Shown here one piece after another: positions 1-12,860 of a stretch of DNA of 64,000 nucleotides. Numbering within the stretch: the first letter of the stretch is position 1; each line of letters begins with the position of its first letter. Below the pieces are notes generated by a model, which saw only the letters and a program-made list of their open reading frames with translations, ran no database searches and was not told the origin of the DNA. Location: contig NW_024704764.1 in NCBI RefSeq assembly GCF_018977255.1, positions 9,052,001 through 9,116,000 of the forward strand, given 5' to 3'. This DNA comes from Callorhinchus milii (lineage: Eukaryota). Position numbers and translations under genes: made by a program.

Positions 1-1764
1 CAGCGCTGTTCAACAGCATAACGTCACCAGAACACTCAACAGATGTGACATTGTGCAGTTGCTTCGACGCAAGCTGTGGCTCCGTGTGAAGCCGCTTCGG
101 TCTGTTTGCCCTGCGTGGGGGGGGGTGCAAGTTGTTTTATGGGGGTCAACAAGTGGTCGCCGCCCTTCGTATTTTTGAGCTGGAGGGGGCGAGGGTAGTG
201 GGGTGGAGAGACCTTCACTGTGATCGGGAACAGTCCGGTGCTAGTCCCTGCGCGTTTGCATCCTCAGATCAGGGAGGGTGTCTCGAGGCAGGGAATGCTG
301 TAAAGTGTAGTGACTGTGTGTGTGTGCGTGAAGCGGCAGCCAATTAGCGCCAGGCAGCAGAGATGCTGTTCCTTCCCGGCTTCCCACCCCGACCGAAATC
401 AGTCGTTCACTCCGTGGCCCTTTGGGGACGGTGGTGAGAGCACCGCGTCCGTCTTCTCTTTTCTCTCCTCTTTCCCCCTGCGTTCAAAAAAAGAATCACA
501 AGCGGTAGTTTTAAGTAAAGTCTCCAGTTCCTCTCTTCAGCGGTTCGGAAGCTCAGAAACTTCTCTGGGTTACGGAAACCGCGTAATCTCCGTATCTGGT
601 CCGTGATAACAGCAACAACCACTCACATTTACATTAGTTCGCCCACAAAATACACTGTCGATTCACTTCCCGTGAAGCGCTCTGGGACGGCTCGAAGAGT
701 TGATAAGGATTATTATTATTATTATTATGATTATTGTTGTATATAACGGCCCTTAAGATCCCGGAGGCTTGGGAGTTTGCGGCTGTTTTTTGTCTTGTTT
801 TGCTGTTGTCAGCAGTGGAATAACTTCCATACTGTGAAAAGGGAGCTATCTCTTCCGGACCTTATTGCTACCGGAGGGGAAACGTCTTAGCGTTGGAGAC
901 ATGTTTAGACATGGATGGCGGCAGCTGTATTAGACAACCACGTGAGGAAAACTCCCCTTTACACACACTGAACCTCAGCAAAATTCTACTTGTTGCCCAA
1001 CCATCCGCGGGAACTCGCACACAAACACTGGTGTGGGCTGAACTGATTGATTCAGCGCTCACAGCCCAATGGCTCGAATTAATTCACAACTAATGAGTGT
1101 AGGTCATGATACCGGAGATGTATTTGCCGCGTAAGTTAGAATAGCCCTGAATCCCAATGAGAGGTAAGCTTTCCGCCCTCCTGCCCCACTCCCTGAATCC
1201 CTGTGTGTCAACCCGGATGAGTGGTAGCACTCTCTCGCTCTCTCTGGCCTCTGAGTCAGAAGGTTGTGGGTTCGAGCCCCACCTTAGGACTTGGTACCGC
1301 ATAGTCTAAGACGACGCTCCGTTGCAGTCACTCCACCTTACAGTGCATCCCTTGAAGCCCTTTGAGACGTCTCGAAGATGGATTAAAGCCAAGGATTTAG
1401 GCACTATCCCACTACCTACGCTCCCAAAAGTGTTTTGTTGGCTTTACGCTGCGTTTCAAAGAGCTGTCAGCCCTCAACGAGATGAACCGAAGTTCCCAGG
1501 AACAAATAGTTAAAGTCGGTCAGAGGAATGCTTGAATTTCCAGCGCGTAACACATTCCAGGCTTTGGCTTACTTCCATATTTAGCTAATTGAGTTGAACT
1601 GCTGTTCTGACGAAAGAACATGGAATTGCCAGGCTGGTCCCGTTATCACGGGTCCCTGAAGTTCACAGTGGGGGCTTTATTGAACTGAATAATATCACTA
1701 CCTCTTCCGTGCCACTGAGACAGGAGAATTAAAATAAAAACTAACCCGACTAACCGTAGCCGGT

Positions 1765-2272
1765 GTTAGCAAACGGTTAAAAGTCTCGGCTGTGTCTGGA
1801 GTGGCTCTGTGAGCCGAGCAAAGCAAAGACTCAAGGCTCTTGACCGAAGAGGAAGGGGTTTGTTGGAAACAGAGTGCTCTGAGAAGTTGTGTTCCTTGGG
1901 TCCCATAAAACCAGTGACTGAGGGGGTGAGTGGGTGAGTGGACGGGTTCAGGACACTAAGACGTAAAGTTTCAAATGCTCCAGTTGCTGTGTGAGCCATG
2001 AACGTGAAGTTACCGTGGTCGCCCTCAATTGGATCCTGGTGATGGGTTTGAGCAAAGACCCAACTCTGCCCGGTGGCCATCCCACACAGATTTGATTGAG
2101 CAGCAAAGGGACTACCCTACCCTGGCCCTTTGGTTTCTCGACCATCAGGAGAGCAAGCCTCCGAGATGACCTGGCGCACGGAGCCAAGATCGAGGGGAAC
2201 ATTTTGGGGGAATGTCCACACTCACTTTTTTTTTTACACTTCAAGGTTGATTTGGACCTAAACGGTAGGTTT
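1765..2272 (+). pseudogene. Internally deleted, frameshifted duplicate of the AOC promoter and exon 1
   Basis: 1768-1900 aligns with 3408-3538. gtgagccatgaacgtgaag (about 1990) matches the AOC start; gattgagcagcaaagggactaccctaccctggc, gagcaagcctccgag and aagatcgaggggaacattttggg...ttcaaggttgatttggac...ggtaggt match the start, middle and end (with donor) of exon 1. About 1.3 kb is missing. Confidence 0.85.
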
Positions 2273-2404
2273 GCATGATGGATTAATTCACAACTAATGA
2301 GTCACGTCAACAAATTGTGGCTGTATTTGCCGTGTAACCTTGCGTCGTGTCAAATCCCAAATGAGAGCCAATCTTCCAGCCATTTTGCCCCACTCCCCGA
2401 ATCA

Positions 2405-2780
2405 TTCTGAGTCAGAAGGTTGTGGGTTCAAGCTCCACCTCGGGACTTGGTGTCACGTAGTCTAGGCTGATGCTCCAATGCAATGCTTGGCGTGGCGGAG
2501 TGGGGTGGGGGGTGTTCTAGTGTCCCAGGTGCTGTTCTTTGGATGAGACGTTAAACCATCTGCCTGTTCAGGTGGCCCTAATCGAAAAGAAAACGGAGCT
2601 TCTCCTTCCCGGAGTCCTGGCCAACAATCCCCCAAATACGTTTGGTTCATTGCCCCACGACTGTTTGCGGTGACGCTGCTGTGCACAAACTGGCTGTCGC
2701 GTTTCGCCCACAAAATACACAGTCGCTCCACTTGTCGCGCTCTGAGACATCTCGACGACGTGATAAGGCCCTGCATCCAA
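2405..2780 (+). mobile_element. Deu-domain SINE (SacSINE1/AmnSINE-like)
   Basis: tRNA-like ctgagtcagaaggttgtgggttcaagctccac; Deu-like core ggatgagacgttaaacc...tcaggtgg...gtcctggccaa; then the shared 3' part. A paralogous head is at 1218-1310. The family name is from recall. Confidence 0.65.
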
Positions 2781-3726
2781 CACGAGCATTAAAGCCTACG
2801 ATTTATGCGCTGTCCCTCTGCGTTTAAAACAGCTGTCAGCCCTCAACGAGAGATGAGGAGATTAATTATTGGCTTGCAATATTCTTAATACAAACAAGTG
2901 AAGTCGCCTGAACATTTCGGCGTTCTCGCTTGCCGTTGGCTTAGAGGTTTTACTCGGGTTGTTGGCTCGTGGAATGAGCTCCAGGTCACGCCTCCATCAC
3001 TAGCCTCCATTATATGTTAAGTTGAACCTCCCCAACCCTCTACCCGCTGCCTCCGCCCGACTGACTCCGTCCTGCTGCATGTCCCTCGCACCCTCCACTC
3101 CACCATCGGTGGCTGCGCTTTCGGCCACTACCCCCCGAAACTCTAGAACCCTCTCCGCCTTGCTCCCTTCCCTCCCCATCTTTAAGTCGGGTCTGGAGAC
3201 CTTCCTCATTGACCGTGCCCTACAGTCACCTCTCACCTCCGTCTCAGAGGAATCGTGGCTTAACTGTGCTTGAAGCGGGGGCGAGAGAGTCATTAAACGA
3301 GATCCCCGAAGATCACAGGGAGGTAGAAGATCCGTTATCCAACTGAATTACGTCACGACTCTCCTCTGTGCCTCTAAGGGAGGATTTTAAGAAACTCCAT
3401 AGATGGTGTTAACAAACAGTTAAAGTCTCAGCTGTGTCTGAAGGATCTCTGGGGACCTGAGCAAAGCAAAGCCTCAATGCTCTGACCAAAGGGGAGTGGT
3501 TCATTAGAAACAAAGTCTGCGTGAAGTTGCGTTCCTTTTNNNNNNNNNNNNNNNNNNNNNNNNNNNNNNNNNNNNNNNNNNNNNNNNNNNNNNNNNNNNN
3601 NNNNNNNNNNNNNNNNNNNNNNNNNNNNNNNNNNNNNNNNNNNNNNNNNNNNNNNNNNNNNNNNNNNNNNNNNNNNNNNNNNNNNNNNNNNNNNAGGTCT
3701 CAAATGCTGCAGTTGTTGTGTGAGCC

Positions 3727-6700
3727 ATGAATGTGAAGGTCTTATTGACGTTCCTGGCACTGGCTGTCGTTGCCATCATCGCCCTGAATTGGATCCTGGC
3801 GGTGGGTTTGGCCAGGTCCCCTACCTGCCCGGTGGTGGTGCTAAACGACAAGATTCATCAGGAAATTGAGCAGCAAAGGAATACCCTACCCTGGCTCTTT
3901 GGGGACCTCAGCCCAGAGGAGATGACCAGCGTGCTGGAATACCTCAAGTCTCACCTTGAGGTGAAACTGGTGAGCTGTAACAAGGCACTGCCCAGCGATA
4001 ATTTCATTTACCTCATCGAACTGCAAGTGCCCCCCAAAGGGGAGGTGTTGAGGTTTCTCAACGGTCAAGGGAGCAAGCCTCCGAGGAAGGCTCGAGCTGT
4101 GGTTGTGTTTGGAGGCCAGGCTGAACCCAATGTAACAGAATACATTGTAGGGAACCTTTTAAAACCTACCTACCACAAAGACGTGACCTCCCAGAAATAC
4201 CAGGGGGTGAACTTTAATTCCAGACCGCTCCCAACTTCTGAATATGTGGAGATATTCTTCAAGATGGGTTTGGGCAAAGTAGCTCAGGTCCTGAAGGAGA
4301 GCTTCGGTGTTGATGCGAAGGGCTTGTTGCCATTGGATTCTGCCCCTCGGGGCTTCAAGTCTGGGGACAGAGAAACCTGGTTCCCGTTCCTCAGGAACAT
4401 CGGTGGGTTGTTTATGCATCCGGTGCCCTTTGAGGTGTTGATGGACCACAGCAGCAAGAACAGCTCTGATTGGAAAGTCAAGAAGGTCTATTACAACGGC
4501 CAGTACTTCGATAGCCTGGAGCATTTGGCCGATGATTACAGCAACGGGCGTGTGAAGAAGATAATGCTGCACAGAAAGCAGGATGAGCCCAATTATGCTT
4601 CCCTTAAACCTCGAGGAGAAACTAGAAAAGTCCTGCCCCCAATGCAATATGAGCCCGAGGGTATCAGGTATCATTATGAGGAGAATTGGGTCAACTATTT
4701 GGGTTGGAATTTTGCCTTCAGGCAGAACGTGGAGTCTGGTTTGCAGTTATTCAATATCGAGTTCCAAGGGAAAAGGATAGTCTATGAGCTGAGTATCCAA
4801 GATCTCACCAGCGTGTATGGAGGTATCACACCATCCATCATGAGGACAAAGTTCCTCGACACTGCCTATGGAATTGGGAGATTGACGAACGAACTGGTTA
4901 TGGGAGTGGACTGTCCCTATGTTGCCACCTACATAGACACCCACCATTTTCTAGACTCTGAGGAACCCCAAACTGTAAGGAATTCCATTTGTGTCTTTGA
5001 GCAAAACTTCGGGAAGCCTCTCAGACGCCACACTTCCAGCTGGTTTCCTCCCCTCTCGTACGGAGGGCTAAGCAACAGCGCCCTGGTCCTCAGATCGATA
5101 TCAACCATTGGCAATTATGACTACGTGTTTGATTTCATATTCTACCAGAACGGGGTGTTGGAGACCAAGGTGCAAGCCACAGGATACGCACAGACCACGT
5201 TCTACTCCAAAGACGGGCTGAAGTACGGAACCAGGATCGAGGAGAACATTTTAGGGAATATCCACACTCACTTTTTACATTTCAAGGTTGATCTGGACGT
5301 GGAGGGTAGGTGGCTGTCGGGCCGGTGAATGTTGAAAGTTTAATAATAATCTTTGCACTCGATACAACGCCTTATTATATCATTGAGACAGTCATGGATT
5401 GAGTAACAAATTTTATTTTTGGTGGTTGCGGGTTGTGGGGGGCGGTGGGGTCGGGGGTGGGGTAGAGCGATCTCCTAATCGATTAACAACCAGGTTCCGA
5501 CTTACCGCTAGATAAACAGAGGTGTGTGTTGCGTGTGTGTGTCTGTGTAAGGAAACTTGCCTAAACAATAAGAAAAATTGGTCATTTTCAATCCACCACT
5601 GTTTGTGGGACATTGCTGTGCGCAATTGGCTGCCGCGTTCGCCCACAAATATACAGTCCATTCACTTTACAGATTGTGAGTCAGCATTCTGTGAAGCGCT
5701 TTGGGACGTCCTCCCGACGTGAAAAGCGCTATATCAAATGCGAGGATTATTATTATTATTATTAAAGGTCCTCCCTGCCCGGGATTCGAACCCGGGTCCT
5801 CTAACCACTACGCTACGGCGCTGTTGAAGCTCACCGCGGACTCCCAAACCTAAATAGAGAAAAGCCACAGAGCCAAAAAGCTTTGGAGGAATTCAGTCCT
5901 GACTCACAATCTGCCAACAATTATAGTCAAATGGCTTCTTGTATCCCCGCAGTCCTATCGCGGGAGCATTGAAAGTCCAGAAGGAACACAGTCTTGATTT
6001 GCAAAGCAGATTGAGACCCTCTGGGACGGAACGGAACGGGGTTGGGGGGGTGGGGGGGGGGAGGGATGAAAGACTTGTTTGTGAATCGAACCGCAGTCTG
6101 CGAAGCCTCCGCCCCCTCCCTCTCCCCCCTTTCCCCCCCTTTGCCTCTGCGTGTTCGCTCACTTTATATATACTTCGGGTCGTGCCCTGCGGTCCCTAAT
6201 GATGAACAGTCAGTTCTGAGAAAGAGCAAATAACATGACCTTCGCAGCTGCAAGAGGAGAATTAGTTGGAATGAAGAGACTGAATCTTGTTGATTCCTCA
6301 CCTCACTCCCCCCCCCCGCGCCCCCCCCCCACCCCGCCCGCCCGCCCCCCCCCCACACTCCGTCCCAACCCGCTCTTACCCTTTCTGCTCGCGCGCAGTC
6401 AACGAAAATAATACTAATATTAAGAATAATCATCATAAGAATCCTCGCGATTGATACGGCACCTCGTCACGTCGTCGAGACGTCTCAAAGCGCTTCACAG
6501 GATATATTGTGAAGTGCAGTGACTGTGTACGGGGTGGGGGGGCGGGCGGGCGGGCGGGCGGGGGGGGCAAAAGAATGGGCAGCCGATTGGCTGCCGCGAT
6601 TGCCTACGCAACGCACAGCCACTTTCGCAGTAAAAAAAAATAAATCGCGTGAAGCGCTTTGAAATGTGCTCGTGCCGCAGTGCGGCTCTGTGGGATATTT

Positions 6701-8790
6701 ATTAATATTATTATTATTATTATTAGGAGCGCTTAATCATTTTGTGTTGGGGGGGAGACACGCTGCTGTGCGCAATCGGCCGCCGCGTTTCGCCCACAAA
6801 ATACACAAGTCGGTTCGCTTGACGCTACGTCCCGTGAGGCGCTTTGAGGCGTCTCGAAGAACGCGAAGAGGCGCCGTGCGCTACCCGAGGGTTATCATTT
6901 TGGCAATGCTTCCCCACGGTTCTCTCGGCGGACGCCAGTTTAGGGGTCTCTAATCGCTGTCGTTCCTTCCCTAAAGGGACCCAGAACTGTTTCGAGACCA
7001 AAGACGTGGTGTACGAGAAGCAGAAGAACCCTCTCAATCCCGACGTGGAGGAGTTTATGCCCACCATCAACCGGCAGGTCCTGGAGACCGAGGACCAGGC
7101 GGCTTTCAAGGTGGGGCAGAAGACACCCAAATACCTCAGCTTCATCAACCTGAACAGCAACAATGAGTGGGGTCACCCGCGAGGCTACAGGATCCGGGTT
7201 GTCAGCTACACCCCCGATAATTTGCCCCCGGAGGATCCGCAGGAGAAAGGAATTTCCTGGCACAGGTACGTTGGGGTTGGGGCGGTGGCAGCGGGGGAGT
7301 AGGGGTGGGGATGGGGGCGGGGGGGGGGGGCTGGTGGAGTGGGGGGGCTGCATTTCTGTGAGCGAGTAGTAATCGTGGACGGAAAGTGTCGATTCTTTCA
7401 AGAGCAAATGAGATCGATTTCTGCTGGAAAGTAATATCTGGGGCGACGGCGTACAGTCTGGGGACAAGACATGTGCGAGCGACTGCCAGGGATGGTGGAA
7501 GGCGAACCAGATGGACCTCGGTCTTCTTCCGCCAGCAAGTTCTTACCTTCTTATGTCCGAGTCCAGAGGCAGGGGCGTGGGGGTGGAGGTTGGTGGGTGG
7601 GTGGGGAAGGGGAACGGAGGGGGAGGTATGGAGGGCAACAGGAAGTGAGGCCTGGGACCTAAAGAAAGTTTCAAGACCCTCCTCATCGACCGCACCTGCG
7701 GTTTCGCCCCCTACCCTTCCCCCCCCCCCCCACCCCCTCCCTCCCTGTCCTCCAACCCTTCCTGATCCCAGCCCCCGGCTCGGGTCCAAATCCCCGACTG
7801 TCCAGCGCCTCCTGACGTGAAGGGCGCCGTGTAAACGTCATGTGTTGTCGTTGTCGTCGTGTCTGGTGATCAGGTACCAGTTGGCTGTGACCCAGCACAA
7901 GGAGGGGGAGAGGACGAGCAGTAGCATGTTCAACCAGAACGACCCCTGGAATCCCGCCGTTTACTTTGCCGGCTTCATCAACAACGAAACCATCAAAAAC
8001 CAGGTAACAGTATCGTATAATATACAATGCGGAGCCAAACTCCCGATTCCAACTCCCGCTTACGTCTCAAATGGGTGGTGTCCTGCCGGCCTAATTCCGA
8101 AAATTATTAGCCGCAGGTTGGGCGAGAGCCAAGGCTTGGGGGGGGGAGGTGGGGGGTGGTGGTGGGATCCCAGAGTCTACCCGGCTAAACCCACACGTAG
8201 CTTGGCCATTGATAGCGCTGTCTGGCCAAGCTCTCCCGCTGCTTGTCCAGCTCGGACCATCCAACCCTTTAGGGCTTTGGCTGCTGGGTTAACAGGAGCC
8301 GAGTGAGAGGATTCCCTGCCCCCAGTGACTGGTCGGACCCTTCCAAGGGCAACCGAGGCCGTCACAGGTAGAGGGCTCAATTCCCACATTCCGTTGCCAA
8401 ACATGTCACCTTGGGGCCAGCTCTCCTCCAAGGTGACGCGTTTTTTTTTTCAGCATCTCTCCCTCCCACACCCGACGTAACATCGAGGCCGATTTGTTCC
8501 CTGTTCAAAAGGACCTGGTGGCGTGGGTGACGGCCGGCTTTCTGCACATCCCGCATTCCGAGGACGTTCCCAACACAGCCACCGTCGGCAGCGAGGTGGG
8601 CTTCCTCCTCCAGCCCGTCAACTACTTCAAACAGGATCCCTCCATCTTCTCCATGGACTCCGTGTACATCGAATCGGCCAGCAAAGAGCAAGAAGACCAC
8701 TGCAAGACCAATCCCATGGCCTGCCTGCCTAAAATGGCCAGCTGCGTCCAGCCTTTCCCGCTTTTCACCTACGGACAGACGGAGGATTAA
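3727..8790 (+). CDS. AOC3: Membrane copper/TPQ primary amine oxidase (AOC3/VAP-1 or AOC2-like), 4 coding exons, about 758 aa
   Basis: Exons 3727-5305, 6977-7265, 7874-8003, 8512-8790; all GT-AG, phases 1/2/0, 2277 nt with open frame. N-terminal signal anchor [27 protein letters not shown]; catalytic Asp in [10 protein letters not shown]; TPQ motif STIGNYDY; Cu-binding HTH and GFLHIPH; C-terminal NPMACLP. The 4-exon layout is that of AOC2/AOC3. Exact AOC2 versus AOC3 orthology is unresolved. Confidence 0.93.
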
Positions 8791-9489
8791 CCGTGAGAGT
8801 TGTGTGTGTACGTCTGTGTGGGTGGTGGAGGGGGCGGTGTGGGGGGGGGGGGGGGGGGGGTAAGGGGGGAGGTCTATGTCATGTTGAGGAAAAAAACCCA
8901 AACCTTTCCATTGCCAAGTGACCAGCACGTTCCCGGAGAGTACATCAGGGTGTAGAATCGTCGAATCAGAGAGTCTTACAGCACAGAAGGAGGCCATTTG
9001 GCCCATCGAGCCCGTGCTGACTCTTTGAAAGAGCCACCAACTAGTCCCATTCCCCCTCCCAGCCCCCCCCCCACCCCCCACCGCCCGCTCTAACCCCATA
9101 GCCCTGCACACTTACGTCGGGGGGTGGGGTGGGTGGTGGTGGTGGGGGGGGGGGGTGGCAGTAGTTACGAATTGTGGCCAACTTCACCCTCTGACTCTCT
9201 CTGGTTTTGTAGATACAGTCGCTCAGTGGATGGACAAAAAACAGCGACACCACATCACCAAACATCGCCAGAATCCGACCAAATGTACATACACAGTGTT
9301 TCCCACACAGGGGGGGCATCGCGAAGCGCTTCCCATCGCTGCCCGGGCTCCCGAGCCGGGTGAGTGGGGGCGTGGGAGAGGGCGGGTGGGGGGAGTGGGG
9401 TGGTCGTGGGGTGGGGGGGGGGGATGGGGGTGGGAGAGGGAGCCTCACTATTGCAGCTCAGTGGATGGTTACTGCACTGCACCACTCAT

Positions 9490-9795
9490 TTATTCACTCA
9501 CTCACTCACTCACTCACACACTCACATACTCACTCACACACTCACTCACACACTCACATACTCACNNNNNNNNNNNNNNNNNNNNNNNNNNNNNNNNNNN
9601 NNNNNNNNNNNNNNNNNNNNNNNNNNNNNNNNNNNNNNNNNNNNNNNNNNNNNNNNNNNNNNNNNNNNNNNNNNNNNNNNNNNNNNNNNNNNNNNNNNCA
9701 CTGACACACTCACTCACTTACTCACTCACTGACTGACACACTCACTCACTCACTCATTCACTCACACACTCACTCACTCACTCACTCACTCACTC
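9490..9795. repeat. (CTCA)n microsatellite with gap
   Basis: Seen directly. Confidence 0.9.
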
Positions 9796-11892
9796 AGGTA
9801 ACCACATGGAGAAACATGTCTGACAAACTGTGTTTCCCAACCACTATGTTTAAAGCCAATCTTAGTCTTGTGAAAGAGTTTCAGTTTCAGATATTTTATT
9901 ATTAATAATAATAATAATAATAATCTTTGCTTTTGATATAACGCCTCATCACGTCCTCGAGACATTTCAAAGGGCTTCACAGGATACACGGTTTACTTTG
10001 GGGGCGAAACGCAGCAGCCAATTTGCACGCGTCCCGCAAACAGTCGTGGATTGAGTGACCGAGCGCAAACTCACGCACAAACACACACACACACACACGC
10101 ACACACACGCACACACACACACACACGCTCACAAACACGAGCACACAAACACACACCCACACTCACAAACACGAGCACACACACACTCACAAACACGAGC
10201 ACACACACACCCGCACTCACAAACACGAGCACACACACCCGGACACACATCACACGCGCACACAACCACCCGCACCCACACGCACACATCCACACCCATA
10301 CAAACACACACACCCCCCCCCCCCCCCGCACACACACACACCACACACGCTCCTAGTTAACTGGTGGTCAGATAAGTTGTGACGGATGACTGAGCACTGA
10401 ATTGTCTTGAATGAGGGATCGTTGCTAAGAGTAATCAGTGAGATATTGTCTATACTCCAAACGTCTCACGAGAATGTATCATAGTCACTGTGTTTGATAA
10501 TGATCACCTTCGGCCGTAATTAAAAAAAAACAACAGCGACAACATCTTGTGTTTACAATCAATATACTGTCGTTATTATTGTTGTATCATTATATTATAA
10601 TATTATATTATTATACAATAATGATCCTGGCATTCGGTACGGCGCCTCGCCAGGCTGTCGAGCCGTCTCAAAGCGCTTCCCAGAGCATACGGTAAAGTGA
10701 AGGGACTTCTGTGTATTCTGTGTGAGCGAAAGGCGGCAGCTAATTGCGCACAGCGGCGTCCCCCCCACCCCCCAACACCCCCCCCCCCGGCCACCACACA
10801 CACACACGCGCGCACGCACACACACACACACACAGTTGTGGGTTGAGTGACCGCATTTACACAGCGCTGTGAGGGACAACAGGGAAATTCCGTGGGTGCG
10901 GAGCCTTTCCCGTTGAGAGGACGTCCCAGGCTGTAGCAGCGGGAGGTAACGGCGAGTCATGCCAACTGCTGTCTCCGTCCCTGGTTTGGGTGCGTCTCCG
11001 AGTGATTCAGAGCTGTGTTTTTTTCTCTCTCGCGAACAGCTATCGAACGCCAGGCTATTTCTCCAGCCGGTGTATTATACCACCCTCTCTCTGCAGGTCA
11101 GTCCAACTACAGCCTCACAGCCCTCTCCTCACCTGCCATTTTGCGACGCTGTTTTAAAAAGCATAGAATTCATCATTACGATCGTTAATAACCACAACGG
11201 TGCTCACTCCGCCGCCGGATCCGCTCTCAGGCGGAGCGGACCGGCCGCGCGTTCCTTCATTTCAAGCCAAAGAACCACACTCTCAGGCCGGTCCGGCTCC
11301 TCGGTCCGGCTATCGCTTCGACGAGATGGGTTTAATGTCTATTGGGATTCGTAAGGGAATGAGTTGTGGGGCTGGTGTGTGTGTGGGGGGTGGGGGGGTG
11401 CGGGGGGGGTGGGTTCAGGGGGAAGCAATGGCCAAAAAGCGGGGTCGAAGGGAGAGATGTGCTCGATCAAATGTAATGGAGTCAGCCAGAGTCACTGGGT
11501 AAATGGGTAGAAATATAAGATTGTCACCAAATTACCGAAGGAGGTGCGTTCGGGTAGTTTTAATAACAGTCCTTCCATTTGATTCAGCGGCTTTCCCTTC
11601 TGGAGGGCCACCCAAAGGGCTTCACGGAATGGACTGCGTTGGTGGTAAAGTGCACTGACCGTGCGTTTTATTATAATAATAATAATTCTAATAGTAACGA
11701 TAATAATCGTTCCTTGCATTTTATGAGCGAAGGAGGCAGACAGCAAGTTGCGCGCAGCAAAGCACTGCGGTGAGGAGGAGGCGTGGGACGTGGGACATTA
11801 AAATTAATCAAAAATAAAGTACGGTTAAACCCGGTAAGAGCGCAAGATGGAAACGCAGTGAGACAGGAGTCCGAGGAGTAACTTCACAGCTA

Positions 11893-11898
11893 TTTATT
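11893..11898 (-). terminator. Putative G6PC1 polyadenylation signal (AATAAA)
   Basis: tttatt on + strand, about 970 nt past the G6PC1 stop. Confidence 0.5.
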
Positions 11899-12510
11899 TA
11901 CGACAAGAACTCTTCAAACATAACAACAAATTTACAATTGCAATTGGTTAAAGCTGATCGATCTTCTCGATGGAGCAACAATGTAAAATAAATACCCTCC
12001 GGCCCCAAGTTCCCAGAGCGGGTGCGTTGTCTGTGTGTGTTTGTGGGGCGAGGGGAGGGGAGGGGTGGGGTGGGAGGGTGGGAGGGTGGGTGGGTGTTGT
12101 GTGGGGGGGTGGGGGGGGGGGGCGGGTGTCGATGGGGATTCGAACCGTGCCCTGTACCTGGCAGGTGTGTGGGTGTCACATTGTCACACATTGGGTGTCA
12201 CTCTGGGTGTCCGCACTCTGACTACTGGACAATCTGCGCAGAAGGCTCCTCGGTCAACCTCCTCCTCTGGACATCTCGCTGGAGGGAAGACTTGGGTGAT
12301 TGGCAACGTCGACAGACACGGTCCTCGACGCTCACACCGGCTCCGAGCGCCTCCCAGGTCCATCGCTGACGGACTGAGTGTAGTGACTGTGCAATTGTCG
12401 GGAAGGAGACAATAATGGCCACCCGGCAAAGGGAGGGGAGCCCAGGCGGCTGTTATCCGGATGATGTTGACTCGGATTCTCAGGAAGATCAGGAGCGAGC
12501 GCGAGTGCGA

Positions 12511-12541
<31 letters not shown>

Positions 12542-12860
12542 GAACCTGGAACACGATCAGAATTACGATGGACGGACGGATGGACGGACGCCCGCCATTT
12601 ACACAGGTCAGCGAGCAGGTCACGTGGCGCACAGACAACTACAACAACGACGACAACAAATTGTCCCAGGACGACAGAACAGGAGGTCACCAGGCAGAGC
12701 AGGAGATCCCACCACAGTTTGGGAATGTCGTCTCTATTCAGTTGGATTCTGGTTGCCGGCACATGAAAGGCAGATCGATTGCTGGAAGGAAGGATTCCCG
12801 TCCCCTGTCCCCTGCCGGTGCTTTACCCTCCCCTCCCCCAGGAGCCTGGCGTTTTCTCGC

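Noticed and set aside
407-622. 71-aa minus-strand ORF, and a weak YAVSVTQR resemblance to AOC exon 3 in another frame
   Set aside because: No recognisable homology or splice support; the similarity is too short.
1218-1290. tRNA-like sequence with A and B boxes (also at 32190 and 60480-60545)
   Set aside because: These continue into SINE bodies and do not form a complete cloverleaf, so they are SINE heads, not tRNA genes.
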